Part shown: piece after piece, positions 1 to 9,813 of the stretch | Layout: each line of letters starts with the position of its first letter | How positions within the stretch are numbered: position 1 is the first letter of the stretch | Assembly (NCBI GenBank): GCA_963715335.1 | Contig: CAVQRZ010000026.1 | Span: 32,001 to 96,000, forward strand | DNA from: an uncultured delta proteobacterium | GTDB taxonomy: Bacteria > Desulfobacterota > Desulfuromonadia > Desulfuromonadales > BM103 | Direction: 5' to 3' | Length of the DNA stretch: 64,000 nt | Notes under the pieces: generated by a model | Database searches by the model: none | Told to the model about the DNA's origin: nothing | What the model saw: the letters and a program-made list of their open reading frames with translations, nothing else | Translations under genes and position numbers: made by a program

Positions 1-2
1 CA

Positions 3-719
3 TTGCTTCCGGAGAACCGGGGGATCACAAGGGACGCTGTCCTGGCCAATGGCGCCGGGCTCGGTATCGCCTGGGACGGTGATTTTGATCGCTGTTTTTT
101 CTTCGACGAGCGGGGCGAGTTCATCGAGGGATATTATATCGTTGGTTTGTTGGCCGATGCGTTTCTGGCCAAGGAGCCGGATGCGAGAATCATTCATGAC
201 CCGCGGCTGACCTGGAACACCGTTGATATAATCAACAAGGCTGGAGGGCAGGCCGTGATGAGCAAGACCGGCCATGCCTTCATCAAGGAACGCATGCGAG
301 CCGAGGATGCGGTCTACGGCGGCGAAATGAGCGCACACCACTATTTTCGTGACTTTGCCTACTGCGACAGCGGTATGATCCCGTGGTTGCTGGTCGTAGA
401 AATGATGTGTCGTGAACGTAAGCTGTTGTCGGAGCTAGTCGGCGAGCGGATGGCCAGGTTCCCGGCCAGCGGCGAAATCAACAGGGTTCTGGCGGATCCA
501 AAAGCGGTGATTGCGGCTGTGGAAACAAAATACTCTGTTGATGCGTTAAGTGTTGACCGGACTGATGGTCTTTCCATTGAGTTTACCGATTGGCGTTTCA
601 ACCTGCGCATGTCAAACACCGAACCGGTGGTGCGGTTGAATGTGGAATCCCGTGGAGACAAAGGGCTCATGGAAGAAAAGACACAGGAGTTATTGAATTT
701 CCTGAAGAAAATTCAATAA
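3..719 (+). CDS. Phosphomannomutase/phosphoglucomutase (ManB/CpsG family), 5' part outside window
   Basis: Metal loop DGDFDR, sugar-binding GEMSAH, C-terminal [14 protein letters not shown]; stop TAA 717-719. Confidence 0.92.
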   Translation: MLPENRGITRDAVLANGAGLGIAWDGDFDRCFFFDERGEFIEGYYIVGLLADAFLAKEPDARIIHDPRLTWNTVDIINKAGGQAVMSKTGHAFIKERMRAEDAVYGGEMSAHHYFRDFAYCDSGMIPWLLVVEMMCRERKLLSELVGERMARFPASGEINRVLADPKAVIAAVETKYSVDALSVDRTDGLSIEFTDWRFNLRMSNTEPVVRLNVESRGDKGLMEEKTQELLNFLKKIQ

Positions 720-721
720 CT

Positions 722-876
722 CCGTGACGCGGTACGAGTGACGCGAAAGTCAAAGTCTATTGATCTAGGAACCACAGATAAACAGGATGGACACAGTTTA
801 AGGATTAGCCTGTGAGGGTTTATGGAATCTATGAGTGAAATGAATCGCGTTCCGCATTCCGCGTCCCGCGTCCCGG
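722..876 (+). repeat. Pair of 7-bp-periodic inverted arms (element A); right arm lies inside the epimerase CDS
   Basis: Left 722-748 ccgtgacgcggtacgagtgacgcgaaa; right 845-876 tcgcgtt-ccgcatt-ccgcgtc-ccgcgtc-ccgg, whose reverse complement ccgggacgcgggacgcggaatgcggaacgcga resembles the left arm. Confidence 0.7.
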
Positions 877-1886
877 ATTCTAAAAGAATCCTGGTAACCG
901 GTGCAGCAGGTTTCATCGGCTTTCATCTCTGCCTGCGGCTGCTGCAGCGCGGCGATCAGGTGGTTGGTCTCGACAACCTGAGCGACTACTATGATGTATC
1001 ACTTAAGGAAAACCGCCTTAAGAAACTGAATAATATTGATAATTTCTCATTTATAAAGCTTGATATTTCTGTTCGTGCGGACATGGAAAAGCTCTTTGCT
1101 GAGCATCAATTTGATGTTGTGGTCAACCTTGCGGCTCAGGCCGGCGTCCGTTATTCCCTGACCAACCCGCATGCCTACGTCGATGCCAACATCGTCGGCT
1201 TTATGAACATTCTCGAAGGCTGTCGGCAACAGCGGATCGCCCACCTTGTCTATGCTTCTTCCTCATCGGTCTACGGTGCAAACACCAGCATGCCGTTTTC
1301 GGTGCATGATAATATCGATCACCCGGTTTCGCTCTATGCCGCGAGTAAAAAGGCCAATGAGTTGATGGCGCATACCTATGCCCATCTGTATGGGCTGCCC
1401 TGTACCGGCCTGCGTTTCTTTACTGTATACGGACCCTGGGGGCGTCCTGATATGGCGCTGTTCCTGTTTGCCAGGGCAATCCTGGCCGGTGAACCGATCA
1501 ATGTTTTTAACCACGGCCGCATGCGCCGCGATTTTACTTATATTGATGACATTGTCGAGGGTGTTGTGCGGGTTATTGACAAACCGGCGCAATCCAATCC
1601 TGACTGGACGGGTGACCGGCCAGATCCCGGGACCAGTGCGGCGCCGTATCGCGTGTATAATATCGGTAACAACAACCCGGTCGAGCTGATGGACCTGATC
1701 GAAACCCTCGAAAAGGCCCTGGGTAAGGTCGCAGAAAAGAATTTCATGTCGATTCAGCCTGGGGATGTTCCTGCGACCTGGGCCAATGTCGATGCCCTTA
1801 GTGATGATGTCGGTTTCCGGCCGGATACACCGATCGAAGTCGGCGTGCAAAAATTTGTCGACTGGTACCTTGGGTATTATGCGTAA
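822..1886 (+). CDS. NAD-dependent epimerase, UDP-glucuronate 4-epimerase family
   Basis: GAAGFIG Rossmann motif, [17 protein letters not shown], catalytic [21 protein letters not shown]; alternative ATGs at 831 and 840. Confidence 0.9.
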   Translation: MESMSEMNRVPHSASRVPDSKRILVTGAAGFIGFHLCLRLLQRGDQVVGLDNLSDYYDVSLKENRLKKLNNIDNFSFIKLDISVRADMEKLFAEHQFDVVVNLAAQAGVRYSLTNPHAYVDANIVGFMNILEGCRQQRIAHLVYASSSSVYGANTSMPFSVHDNIDHPVSLYAASKKANELMAHTYAHLYGLPCTGLRFFTVYGPWGRPDMALFLFARAILAGEPINVFNHGRMRRDFTYIDDIVEGVVRVIDKPAQSNPDWTGDRPDPGTSAAPYRVYNIGNNNPVELMDLIETLEKALGKVAEKNFMSIQPGDVPATWANVDALSDDVGFRPDTPIEVGVQKFVDWYLGYYA

Positions 1887-1888
1887 AT

Positions 1889-2020
1889 CGAGGCGCGAAG
1901 TGCGAGGCTGGAACAAGCAAAAAAAATTGTCACGCAGAGACGCTGAACACGCAGAGCTAAAAATAACCATCTAATATCAGCTTTAATTCTCGCGATTCGC
2001 ACCTCGCATCTCGCGCTTCA
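1889..2020 (+). repeat. Pair of 7-bp-periodic inverted arms (element B)
   Basis: Left 1889-1913 c-gaggcgc-gaagtgc-gaggctg-gaa; right 1988-2020 reverse complement t-gaagcgc-gagatgc-gaggtgc-gaatcgc-gaga. Confidence 0.75.
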
Positions 2021-2029
2021 AGGATTCTT

Positions 2030-3340
2030 ATGAGTTCAGTCGTTGCCATAGTCGGTCGGCCAAACGTTGGGAAATCGACGTTGTTCAACCGTATTCTGGG
2101 CAGGCGTATGGCAATTGTCGAGGATATCCCTGGTGTGACACGCGACCGGAATTATGCCGAGGTATCCCGTTACGCAAAACGCTTTACCCTGATCGATACA
2201 GGCGGTTTTGAACCGGCCAGTAACGATCGTCTTCTGTCTCAAATGCGTGAACAGTCCCAACTGGCAATTGAGGAGGCGGATATCATCCTCTTTCTCATGG
2301 ATGGCCGGGAAGGACTGACCCCGGCCGATGAAGAAGTAGCCGGCATGCTTCGCCAGGTGGACAAACCTGTTTTGTTCGTGGTCAACAAAGTCGATGGGCC
2401 GAACCAGGAAGCAGCGCTCGGCGAGTTTTACGCCCTCGGAGTCAATGACCTCTATCCGGTCTCTGCCGAACATCGCCTTGGTGTCGGTACGCTGATCGAT
2501 GAGGTGCTGGAGCTTTTGCCGGAACAGGACGAAGGCCAGGAGAGCCTCACCGAGACCCGTCTGTCGATTATCGGCCGACCGAACGTCGGCAAGTCCTCGC
2601 TGGTCAACCGCATGCTCGGTTACGAGCGGGTCGTCGCCAATCCGACGGCCGGGACGACCCGAGACAGTGTCGATACACCGTTCATCTACAATGAAAAACG
2701 CTATGTCCTGATCGATACCGCCGGTATCCGCCGCAAGGGCAGGGTGTCGCAAAAGTTGGAAAAGTACTCAGTAATCCACGCCCTCAAGGCTTTGGATCGT
2801 ACTCACGTTGCTCTGGTGGTGATTGACGCCGAAGAAGGGATTACCGACCAGGACCTGACGATAGCCGGTTATGCTCATGAACGGGGCCGGGCGGTCATCC
2901 TGATCGTCAACAAATGGGATCTGGTCAAAAAAGACAACTCTACGATGGGTGATTACATCAAGGACGTGCGTGACGCATTCAAGTTTCTTCCTGACAGCCC
3001 GATTCATTTTGTATCGGCACTAACCGGCCAGCGAATCAACAAGATCATGGTAGATGTCGAGATGGTCAGCGACGAGTTCAATCGCAAGGTTTCGACCGCG
3101 GAACTCAACCGGGTCCTCAAGGATGCCGAAATCAACCATCCGCCACCGATGTTCCGTGGTAGACGCCTGAAGCTATTCTATGCCACCCAGACGGCGGTCC
3201 GTCCGCCAACCTTTATCATTTTCGTCAACAAATCCGAGGGGATTCATTTTTCGTATGAACGCTATCTGATGAATTGCCTGCGTCAGGCGTTCGGTTTTAT
3301 CGCCTGCCCGATAAGATTGAAATTCTCGGACCGGAAATGA
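2030..3340 (+). CDS. der: Ribosome biogenesis GTPase Der (EngA)
   Basis: Two tandem G domains, each GRPNVGKS ... DTxG ... NKxD, followed by a KH-like C-terminus. Confidence 0.97.
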   Translation: MSSVVAIVGRPNVGKSTLFNRILGRRMAIVEDIPGVTRDRNYAEVSRYAKRFTLIDTGGFEPASNDRLLSQMREQSQLAIEEADIILFLMDGREGLTPADEEVAGMLRQVDKPVLFVVNKVDGPNQEAALGEFYALGVNDLYPVSAEHRLGVGTLIDEVLELLPEQDEGQESLTETRLSIIGRPNVGKSSLVNRMLGYERVVANPTAGTTRDSVDTPFIYNEKRYVLIDTAGIRRKGRVSQKLEKYSVIHALKALDRTHVALVVIDAEEGITDQDLTIAGYAHERGRAVILIVNKWDLVKKDNSTMGDYIKDVRDAFKFLPDSPIHFVSALTGQRINKIMVDVEMVSDEFNRKVSTAELNRVLKDAEINHPPPMFRGRRLKLFYATQTAVRPPTFIIFVNKSEGIHFSYERYLMNCLRQAFGFIACPIRLKFSDRK

Positions 3341-3347
3341 GTAAATA

Positions 3348-3555
3348 GGGTGCGAGACGGGAAGTGGGAAGCGCGAAAAAGCCAACCACTTTATCTAGCC
3401 AAAGATCAAAACCGACACAGGTGATTTAAAAGATGGTTGAACACTTGAATTTTGGCTATGCCTGTTGATAAAGAGTGAATCGGTTAAACAGCTCAACAAT
3501 TCAATACCCTCCAGGTCTTTCTCGTGCGACGCAACCCGCGTTTCGCGTCCCCCGC
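3348..3555 (+). repeat. Pair of 7-bp-periodic inverted arms (element C) around an AT-rich spacer of about 130 nt
   Basis: Left 3348-3383 gggtgc-gagacgg-gaagtgg-gaagcgc-gaaaaagcc; right 3514-3555 reverse complement gcgggggacgcgaaacgcgggttgcgtcgcacgagaaagacc. Confidence 0.7.
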
Positions 3556-3669
3556 TTTTACGAAAACATCCTTTACTTGCCCACACTTAATAAAGTATAG
3601 TTATTTCTGTTTATTTTTCGATTGTTACACTCCGTTGTGCAGAAAATCTATGGAATTTTTTAACAGCTT

Positions 3670-5382
3670 ATGAGTCTTGTCGGTAACCTTGAAGATCTCG
3701 GCCTCGGCGAAATTCTGCAAATCGTCAGTCTGAGCCGCAAATCCGGTGTGCTGCAGTTGAACAGCCACGACCGGGACGGCCGGGTTGTTTTTCGAGACGG
3801 TCAGGTCATCCGTGCGATGGCATCGACCTTTCCTGAGAACCTGGGTGATCTCGTTCTGCGTACCGGTCTGGCCGATATGGAGGTTCTGAAACAGGCTCTG
3901 GGTCTCCAGCAGGAAAGTGATGACGATCGTCGAATCGGCGATATCCTGGTCAGTGAATTCGGGGTTGATCGTGATGCGATAGAGACCGCTGTTCGCGAAC
4001 AACTGGAAAAAATTGTTTACAGCTTCTTCGGTTGGGATGAAGGAGCTTTTTCTTTTGAACTGGGGGACTGCCAGGAACTGGTAATGACCAATCTTGACCC
4101 TCTCCAGTTCATGCTCGACCAGGGCATGAATCCTCAATGGCTGGCCATGGAAGGCAGCCGCATCCTCGATGAAAAGCGCCACCGTGGTGAAGATGTTGAT
4201 GAACGGGGCGAGTCACTGGTTGATGTTGACGCTTTGCTGGCAGAGGTTAAAGGCGAGTCCGCATCTCGACCCTCTTCAGAACTCGACGCCACAGCAGAAA
4301 CACCTGCGAGCGCTGCCCTCGGCCAGGACAAAGATTCGTCACGCTGTTTCATCGTGGTTGATGATGATCCCAATACTGCTGAACAGATTGCCGCTCTTCT
4401 CCAGAAACACAAAGCACGGGTTCATGCCTATACAAATTATCGTGCTTTCATGGCTGCGGTCGACGGCGCTGATCCGCGCTCAACGACTCTGGTCATAGAC
4501 TTGATCATGCCACGCCGCGATGGCAGCGGGGTGCTCGGCGGGCTCGAACTGCTTGAGGAGATTCGTGCCAAGCATCCTGATTTCCAGGTTCTGGTCATGT
4601 CAGATCATCCCAACCGGGAAGCAGAGCAGAGCATCCGCGAGTTCGGTGTGCCGGCCCTGTTTTCCAAACCCAAAAAAGACGAGGTTCTGGATGATCGCGG
4701 GCGGACTGGTCTGAAGGCTCTGGTTGACGCGATTCTGGCACTTGGCGCTGCTGACAAGCAGAACACGGTTGCGGACGGTCTGTATAATATCGGTGCTGAA
4801 TTGCTCAAGGAAATGGGTGAAATGGCCGTCGGGACGGCTCCACTGTCCCCTCAGCAATCTCCTGGCCTGCATCTGCTGCGAGGTATGCTGCAAGAATTAA
4901 ACAATCCGTCGCTCGGCGGAGGCATCATCCTTTTGATCCTGCGGTTTGCCAGCGAGTTAATGAACCGGGCCGTGATCCTCTTGGTAAAAGACGAAGAGAT
5001 TGTCGGATTGGGCCAGTTCGGCATTGAACTTAAAGGTGAATCTGCGGATGTAAGAGTTCGCAATACACGCCTGCCAAAAGTGGAGAAGCACGTCTTTACC
5101 GAGGCCCTGCAGGAATTCTCTCCCTACCACACGGGTCCGGCAGAAACGGACTGGAACACCTACCTTTTCAACCAACTGGGGGGAGACCGTCCATCGGAAG
5201 TTTTCATTGGCCCCCTGATCAGTGAAGGGAGGGTCGTTGCGGTTCTATACGGTGATAATCTTCCTGAAAAGAAGCCGATCGGTGATACGGAAGCCCTCGA
5301 AATATTCCTGTCTCAGGCGGGTCTGGCGATGGAAAAAGCTCTACTCGAACGCCGTATGATGAGTAATCGCGATGCTGTCTAA
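3670..5382 (+). CDS. DUF4388 (PATAN-like) + receiver + GAF-like domain signalling protein
   Basis: N-terminal GNLEDLGLGEILQIVSLSRKSGVL ... FFGWDEGAFSF; receiver VVDDD/IDLIMP/SKP; C-terminal GPLISEGRVVAVLYGDN. Confidence 0.8.
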   Translation: MSLVGNLEDLGLGEILQIVSLSRKSGVLQLNSHDRDGRVVFRDGQVIRAMASTFPENLGDLVLRTGLADMEVLKQALGLQQESDDDRRIGDILVSEFGVDRDAIETAVREQLEKIVYSFFGWDEGAFSFELGDCQELVMTNLDPLQFMLDQGMNPQWLAMEGSRILDEKRHRGEDVDERGESLVDVDALLAEVKGESASRPSSELDATAETPASAALGQDKDSSRCFIVVDDDPNTAEQIAALLQKHKARVHAYTNYRAFMAAVDGADPRSTTLVIDLIMPRRDGSGVLGGLELLEEIRAKHPDFQVLVMSDHPNREAEQSIREFGVPALFSKPKKDEVLDDRGRTGLKALVDAILALGAADKQNTVADGLYNIGAELLKEMGEMAVGTAPLSPQQSPGLHLLRGMLQELNNPSLGGGIILLILRFASELMNRAVILLVKDEEIVGLGQFGIELKGESADVRVRNTRLPKVEKHVFTEALQEFSPYHTGPAETDWNTYLFNQLGGDRPSEVFIGPLISEGRVVAVLYGDNLPEKKPIGDTEALEIFLSQAGLAMEKALLERRMMSNRDAV

Positions 5383-5414
5383 TCAACGTTTAATCAGGTT
5401 GGGGGCCTACAGTC

Positions 5415-5783
5415 GTGAGTAAAAAAATTCTGATCGCAGAAGATTCGCTGACCATGCGTTCGCTGATAGTCTCGACGATCGCGGCCATGGGCGACTATGA
5501 GACGGTTGAAGCGGCCAATGGTTTCGAAGCTTTACGAATTCTTCCCCGCGAAAAAGTTGACCTGATCATAACCGATATTAATATGCCTGATATCAATGGT
5601 CTTGAACTGGTCAGTTTTATAAGGAATAACGACAACTATCGCGAGACTCCTCTCTTTATCATCAGTACCGAGAGCAGTGAGCGTGACCGCGAGAAAGGGT
5701 TGTCTCTTGGTGCCAACGCATATCTTGTCAAGCCTTTCGCCCCCGATCAGTTGCAGGCCCTGATCCGTGAGTACCTCGGTTGA
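5415..5783 (+). CDS. cheY: Single-domain response regulator, CheY-like
   Basis: IAEDS, TDINMPDINGLE, LVKPF; directly upstream of cheA; GTG start. Confidence 0.85.
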   Translation: MSKKILIAEDSLTMRSLIVSTIAAMGDYETVEAANGFEALRILPREKVDLIITDINMPDINGLELVSFIRNNDNYRETPLFIISTESSERDREKGLSLGANAYLVKPFAPDQLQALIREYLG

Positions 5784-5792
5784 TTTGCGGAG

Positions 5793-7865
5793 GTGACAGT
5801 GTCTGACAAGAGATCCTCCCAAGCCCTCAAGGACTTCGTCAGCGAGACAGAAGAAATTATCGAATCGCTCAATCTTGACCTGGTCAGGCTTGCTGATTCG
5901 GTGGACTCCGGTGATTGCGACCCGGACGTGCTCAATGGCATTTTTCGAGGGGCTCACTCGATCAAGGGCCTGTCCGGCATGTTCGGCTTCGATGACCTGT
6001 CGAAACTCTCCCATTCCATGGAAAGCCTGCTTGACGGATTACGCCTCGGTAAAATCCCGTTTAATCAGTTCCTGGTCGACACCCTGTTCAGCTCACTTGA
6101 TGTCCTGATCAACTTGATTGACGGCAAAAGCAATGACGAGGACTTCACCCTCGATCTGACACCTGTTCTGACGCAGATCAGCAAAGCTGCCGAGGGTGGA
6201 GGAGGAGGTGACGAGAGTCCGCTTGCCGGTCTGGAAATTGACCCTGCTATATTGAATGTCCTCACCGAGTACGAAGAACATCGCTTGTTGGAAAATGTCC
6301 GCAAGGGGCGGCAGCTTCATCTGCTGCGTATGAACTTCGACCTGGCCAGCTTCGATCAGGAACTCGCAGAGGTCACCCAGCAACTCAAACAACAGGGCGA
6401 GGTGATCAGCACTCTTCCCTCAGCTGGTGATATCGGCGAAAGGATCTCTTTCCAGATTCTGTTCGGTAGTGAACTCGGCCATGCCGACATTGCCATGCTG
6501 CTCGGCCACGACACCCTTGATATCCTCACCTATGGCGACAGGTCCGGACCTGAAGAGTCGGAGGCCCTCGTCGTTGAAGAGTCGCCGGACGATGTTGCCG
6601 AAACGGTTGTCGCCCGGTTGCCGGATACCGCAGAAGATGCAGACAGCGCAAGTTCCATGCGCTCGATCAGCCGCACGGTTAGGGTTGATATTGACAAGCT
6701 TGACCTGTTGATGAATATCGTCGGTGAACTGGTCTTGTCAAAAAGTGCCATTGCCAACATTAGTGATCGTATGAAAATGACCCTGGAGAAGGATCTTGCG
6801 ACTGATCTCGGCAAGGCCACCCGCGTTCTCGAGCGGCGTCTGCACGAATTGCAAAAAGGGGTCATGGATGTACGCATGGTTCCGGTCGGACAACTCTTTG
6901 AAAAAATGACCAGGATTGTACGTCGGGTCGCCAACGAGCAGGGCAAAAAGGTCGAGCTTGAGATTCGCGGCGCTGATACCGAACTGGACAAACTGATCAT
7001 CGAAGATGTCTCAGACCCGCTCATGCACATCATCCGCAATGCTATCGATCACGGTCTTGAAACGCCCCGCGAGCGGCTTGCTGCGGGTAAGTCGGAAAAG
7101 GGTACGATTCAGCTTCTGGCGTCGCAGAAAGGCAACCACGTTGTCATAACAGTCAATGATGACGGACGCGGTATTGACAAGGAAAAAGTGCGTCGCAAGG
7201 CCGTTGAAAGAGGCTTGATCAGCGCCTCACATGAGTTGACAGAAGAGGAAGTCCACGAGCTGCTTTTTCTGCCCGGCTTCTCAACCCGTGATGCAGTCAG
7301 TGACCTCTCCGGTCGTGGCGTCGGCATGGATGTGGTTAAAAACAACATCGCCGCACTGTCGGGGATGATCGAGGTGCGCAGCCAGTTTGGACAGGGCTCC
7401 AGTATGATCATCACCTTGCCGATTACCCTGGCTATCATCAAGGCATTGATCGTTCAGGTCGGTAAAACGACCTACGCGATTCCGATCAATTCAGTTCTGG
7501 AAACTTTGATGATCGAAGCGCATGCCATTCAGACGGTCGAGAAGCACGAAGTGATCGAGTTACGCAAAAGCACCGTGCCACTGCTGCGTCTTGACAAGAT
7601 ATTTGCTCTGTCTGAAGAAGAAGACGATGAAGACCGGCGACTCTTTGTCGCAATCGTGGGTCTGGCAGAAAAACGTGTGGGGTTCGTGGTTGACGATCTG
7701 CTCGGTCAGCAGGATGTTGTCATTAAGTCGCTCGGCAAAGCCCTCTCGTTCGTTAAGGGCATTGCCGGGGCGGCAGAACTGGGGAATCAGAAGACCATCC
7801 TGGTGCTGGACGTGGCTGGATTGATGAGCGAAGCGCTGCGAGGTGAGTCTTCACTCAATGTATGA
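5793..7865 (+). CDS. cheA: Chemotaxis histidine kinase CheA
   Basis: HPt FRGAHSIKG, dimerisation VRVDIDKLDLLMNIVGELV, HATPase HIIRNAIDHG/DDGRGI/GRGVGMDVV, C-terminal CheW-like domain. Confidence 0.96.
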   Translation: MTVSDKRSSQALKDFVSETEEIIESLNLDLVRLADSVDSGDCDPDVLNGIFRGAHSIKGLSGMFGFDDLSKLSHSMESLLDGLRLGKIPFNQFLVDTLFSSLDVLINLIDGKSNDEDFTLDLTPVLTQISKAAEGGGGGDESPLAGLEIDPAILNVLTEYEEHRLLENVRKGRQLHLLRMNFDLASFDQELAEVTQQLKQQGEVISTLPSAGDIGERISFQILFGSELGHADIAMLLGHDTLDILTYGDRSGPEESEALVVEESPDDVAETVVARLPDTAEDADSASSMRSISRTVRVDIDKLDLLMNIVGELVLSKSAIANISDRMKMTLEKDLATDLGKATRVLERRLHELQKGVMDVRMVPVGQLFEKMTRIVRRVANEQGKKVELEIRGADTELDKLIIEDVSDPLMHIIRNAIDHGLETPRERLAAGKSEKGTIQLLASQKGNHVVITVNDDGRGIDKEKVRRKAVERGLISASHELTEEEVHELLFLPGFSTRDAVSDLSGRGVGMDVVKNNIAALSGMIEVRSQFGQGSSMIITLPITLAIIKALIVQVGKTTYAIPINSVLETLMIEAHAIQTVEKHEVIELRKSTVPLLRLDKIFALSEEEDDEDRRLFVAIVGLAEKRVGFVVDDLLGQQDVVIKSLGKALSFVKGIAGAAELGNQKTILVLDVAGLMSEALRGESSLNV

Positions 7866-8682
7866 GACTTATTTTGGGCTGAGCGAGCGTCCCTTCAGTA
7901 AAACTCCGGATCCCAGGTTCCTGTTCCTGAGTCGTGGTCATCGCGAAGCGCTGGCTCGCATGCAGTACGCTGTCGAGGAGCGTGACCTGGTGCTGCTGAC
8001 AGGTGAAATCGGTTGTGGCAAGACGACCCTGTCGCGGGCCCTTATGGATACTCTTGATGAGAGCTTCAAAGTTGTCTGCCTGGTCAACCCACGCCTGACT
8101 CCGCTCGAGTTTCTCAGTAGTCTGGCGCGTCACCTTGGTGTTGAAGAAGCGGCGCGGTTCAAGGTTGATCTGCTTGAACAGATCGGCAAGATTTTGTTCC
8201 AATACTATGAGAACGATACAACCCCGGTCGTGGTGATTGATGAGGCGCAGCTTGTCCCGCACAAGGAGACGTTCGACGAAATCAGGCTGCTGACCAACTT
8301 TCAACTGGATGATCGCAACCTGATCAGTATCGTTTTGATGGGACAGCCGGAGCTGAAAAAACGTCTTAGTCACCGTGCCTACGAACCGTTGAGACAGAGG
8401 ATCGGCATGCAGTACGATCTGCAGCCGCTCAACCTGGAAGAGACAGCCGAATACCTGGATTTCCGGATCGTCAAAGCCGGTGGCCGGCCCGGACTTTTTA
8501 GCGAAGCGGCCCTTGAATCTGTCTATGCCTATTCGGGTGGGATACCACGCATGATCAATCATGCTGCGTCCCTGGCTCTATTGGAGTGCTTCGGCAGGGG
8601 TGGTGACCAGGTTGATAGTGCCACCATGAATGCCGTGATGCTGGAGCTTGACCACAACTTGTTGAAACAGAACCGCGGATAA
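7858..8682 (+). CDS. ExeA/MshM-family AAA+ ATPase without peptidoglycan-binding domain
   Basis: MYETYFGLSERPFSKTPDPRFLF, Walker A GEIGCGKT, Walker B VVVIDEAQ, LMGQPEL, SGGIPRMIN; ATG 7858 overlaps cheA end. Confidence 0.88.
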   Translation: MYETYFGLSERPFSKTPDPRFLFLSRGHREALARMQYAVEERDLVLLTGEIGCGKTTLSRALMDTLDESFKVVCLVNPRLTPLEFLSSLARHLGVEEAARFKVDLLEQIGKILFQYYENDTTPVVVIDEAQLVPHKETFDEIRLLTNFQLDDRNLISIVLMGQPELKKRLSHRAYEPLRQRIGMQYDLQPLNLEETAEYLDFRIVKAGGRPGLFSEAALESVYAYSGGIPRMINHAASLALLECFGRGGDQVDSATMNAVMLELDHNLLKQNRG

Positions 8683-8686
8683 ACAG

Positions 8687-9427
8687 ATGGATATCGCTAA
8701 GATACGCAAAAAAGCCAAAACACAAGCCAAGTCGGACAAAACTTTGCCGGAGAAAGCCCGGCCAGACGCTGCTCCTGACCAGGAATTGGTGCCCGGGCCC
8801 GACCTGATTGAGGAAGTCGCCAGAACCGCGGAAGTGCTTGTTGAATCGGAGGCTTTGGTCGCCTCCGATAACGTCCCAATTAAACCGACAAACAGCCTTG
8901 ACCGGATTTTTTCTGCGACGGACGACCTGGCTCTGGCCACGGATGAATCATATGCTGCAATGTTGCAAGACCAGATTGCTGCTCAGTCTCAGGATGTCAG
9001 CCAGTACCTGGCTTTCCATCTCAATGATGAGGAGTATGCGCTGGACATCAAGCAAATAAGCGAGATAATCAAAGTCAGGGAATTTACGGAAATCCCCCGG
9101 TCTCCCGGGTTTGTCTTGGGAATTATCTCTCTGCGTGGCGTTGTCGTACCGGTGTTCGATTTGCCCTGTCGTATGAATCTGGGATCGGCCGAAATAACGG
9201 CAAGTTCGCGGATAGTCGTATGTCAGTCAGGCGACGTTGCGGTCGGACTGCTGGTTGACAATATTAATCAGGTTGTCAATCTCGTCGATGACGAAATCGA
9301 GCCGCCGCCCGGAGTATTATCCGGGCTGGACCGTGAAATGGTCTTCGGTATTGGTCGCTACCAGGGTCGCATGATCATCTTGTTGCAGCTAAATCATGTT
9401 TTGGACATTGAGCTGAACCGAGCTTGA
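8687..9427 (+). CDS. cheW: CheW with long N-terminal extension
   Basis: YLAFHLNDEEYALDI ... GIISLRGVVVPVFDL ... VGLLVD. Confidence 0.92.
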   Translation: MDIAKIRKKAKTQAKSDKTLPEKARPDAAPDQELVPGPDLIEEVARTAEVLVESEALVASDNVPIKPTNSLDRIFSATDDLALATDESYAAMLQDQIAAQSQDVSQYLAFHLNDEEYALDIKQISEIIKVREFTEIPRSPGFVLGIISLRGVVVPVFDLPCRMNLGSAEITASSRIVVCQSGDVAVGLLVDNINQVVNLVDDEIEPPPGVLSGLDREMVFGIGRYQGRMIILLQLNHVLDIELNRA

Positions 9428-9436
9428 AAGGAGAGT

Positions 9437-9808
9437 GTGGTGATAAAGAAGAAAATCCTGGTTGTCGAGGATGAAGAGAGCTTGCTCAAACTGGAAAGTA
9501 TCCTGCTGAGTTCAAAAGGATACGAAGTACATGGTGCAGTGGATGGTCAGGCTGCGCTGGACGCTATAGACAAGGTCAAGCCCGACCTTGTTCTGCTGGA
9601 TATCATGTTGCCGGTGATTGACGGTTTCGAGGTTTGCCGCAGGATTAAATCGAACAGCGCGACCAAACACATACCCGTGGTCATGCTGACGGCGAAAAAG
9701 AGCCGTGAAGATATGGCGCGCGGGGAGCAGGTTGGGGCTGACTGGTACATAACCAAACCGTTCAAGTCGGCCATGGTCATCGAAACCATTCAGAGATTTA
9801 TTGACTGA
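9437..9808 (+). CDS. Single-domain response regulator
   Basis: VVEDE, LLDIMLPVIDGFEV, MLTAK, ITKPF; 123 aa with no output domain. Confidence 0.9.
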   Translation: MVIKKKILVVEDEESLLKLESILLSSKGYEVHGAVDGQAALDAIDKVKPDLVLLDIMLPVIDGFEVCRRIKSNSATKHIPVVMLTAKKSREDMARGEQVGADWYITKPFKSAMVIETIQRFID

Positions 9809-9813
9809 GCGCC

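Noticed and set aside
722..3555. Intergenic repeats as a CRISPR array or IS ends
   Set aside because: No identical direct repeats with spacers, no cas or transposase gene, no target-site duplications.
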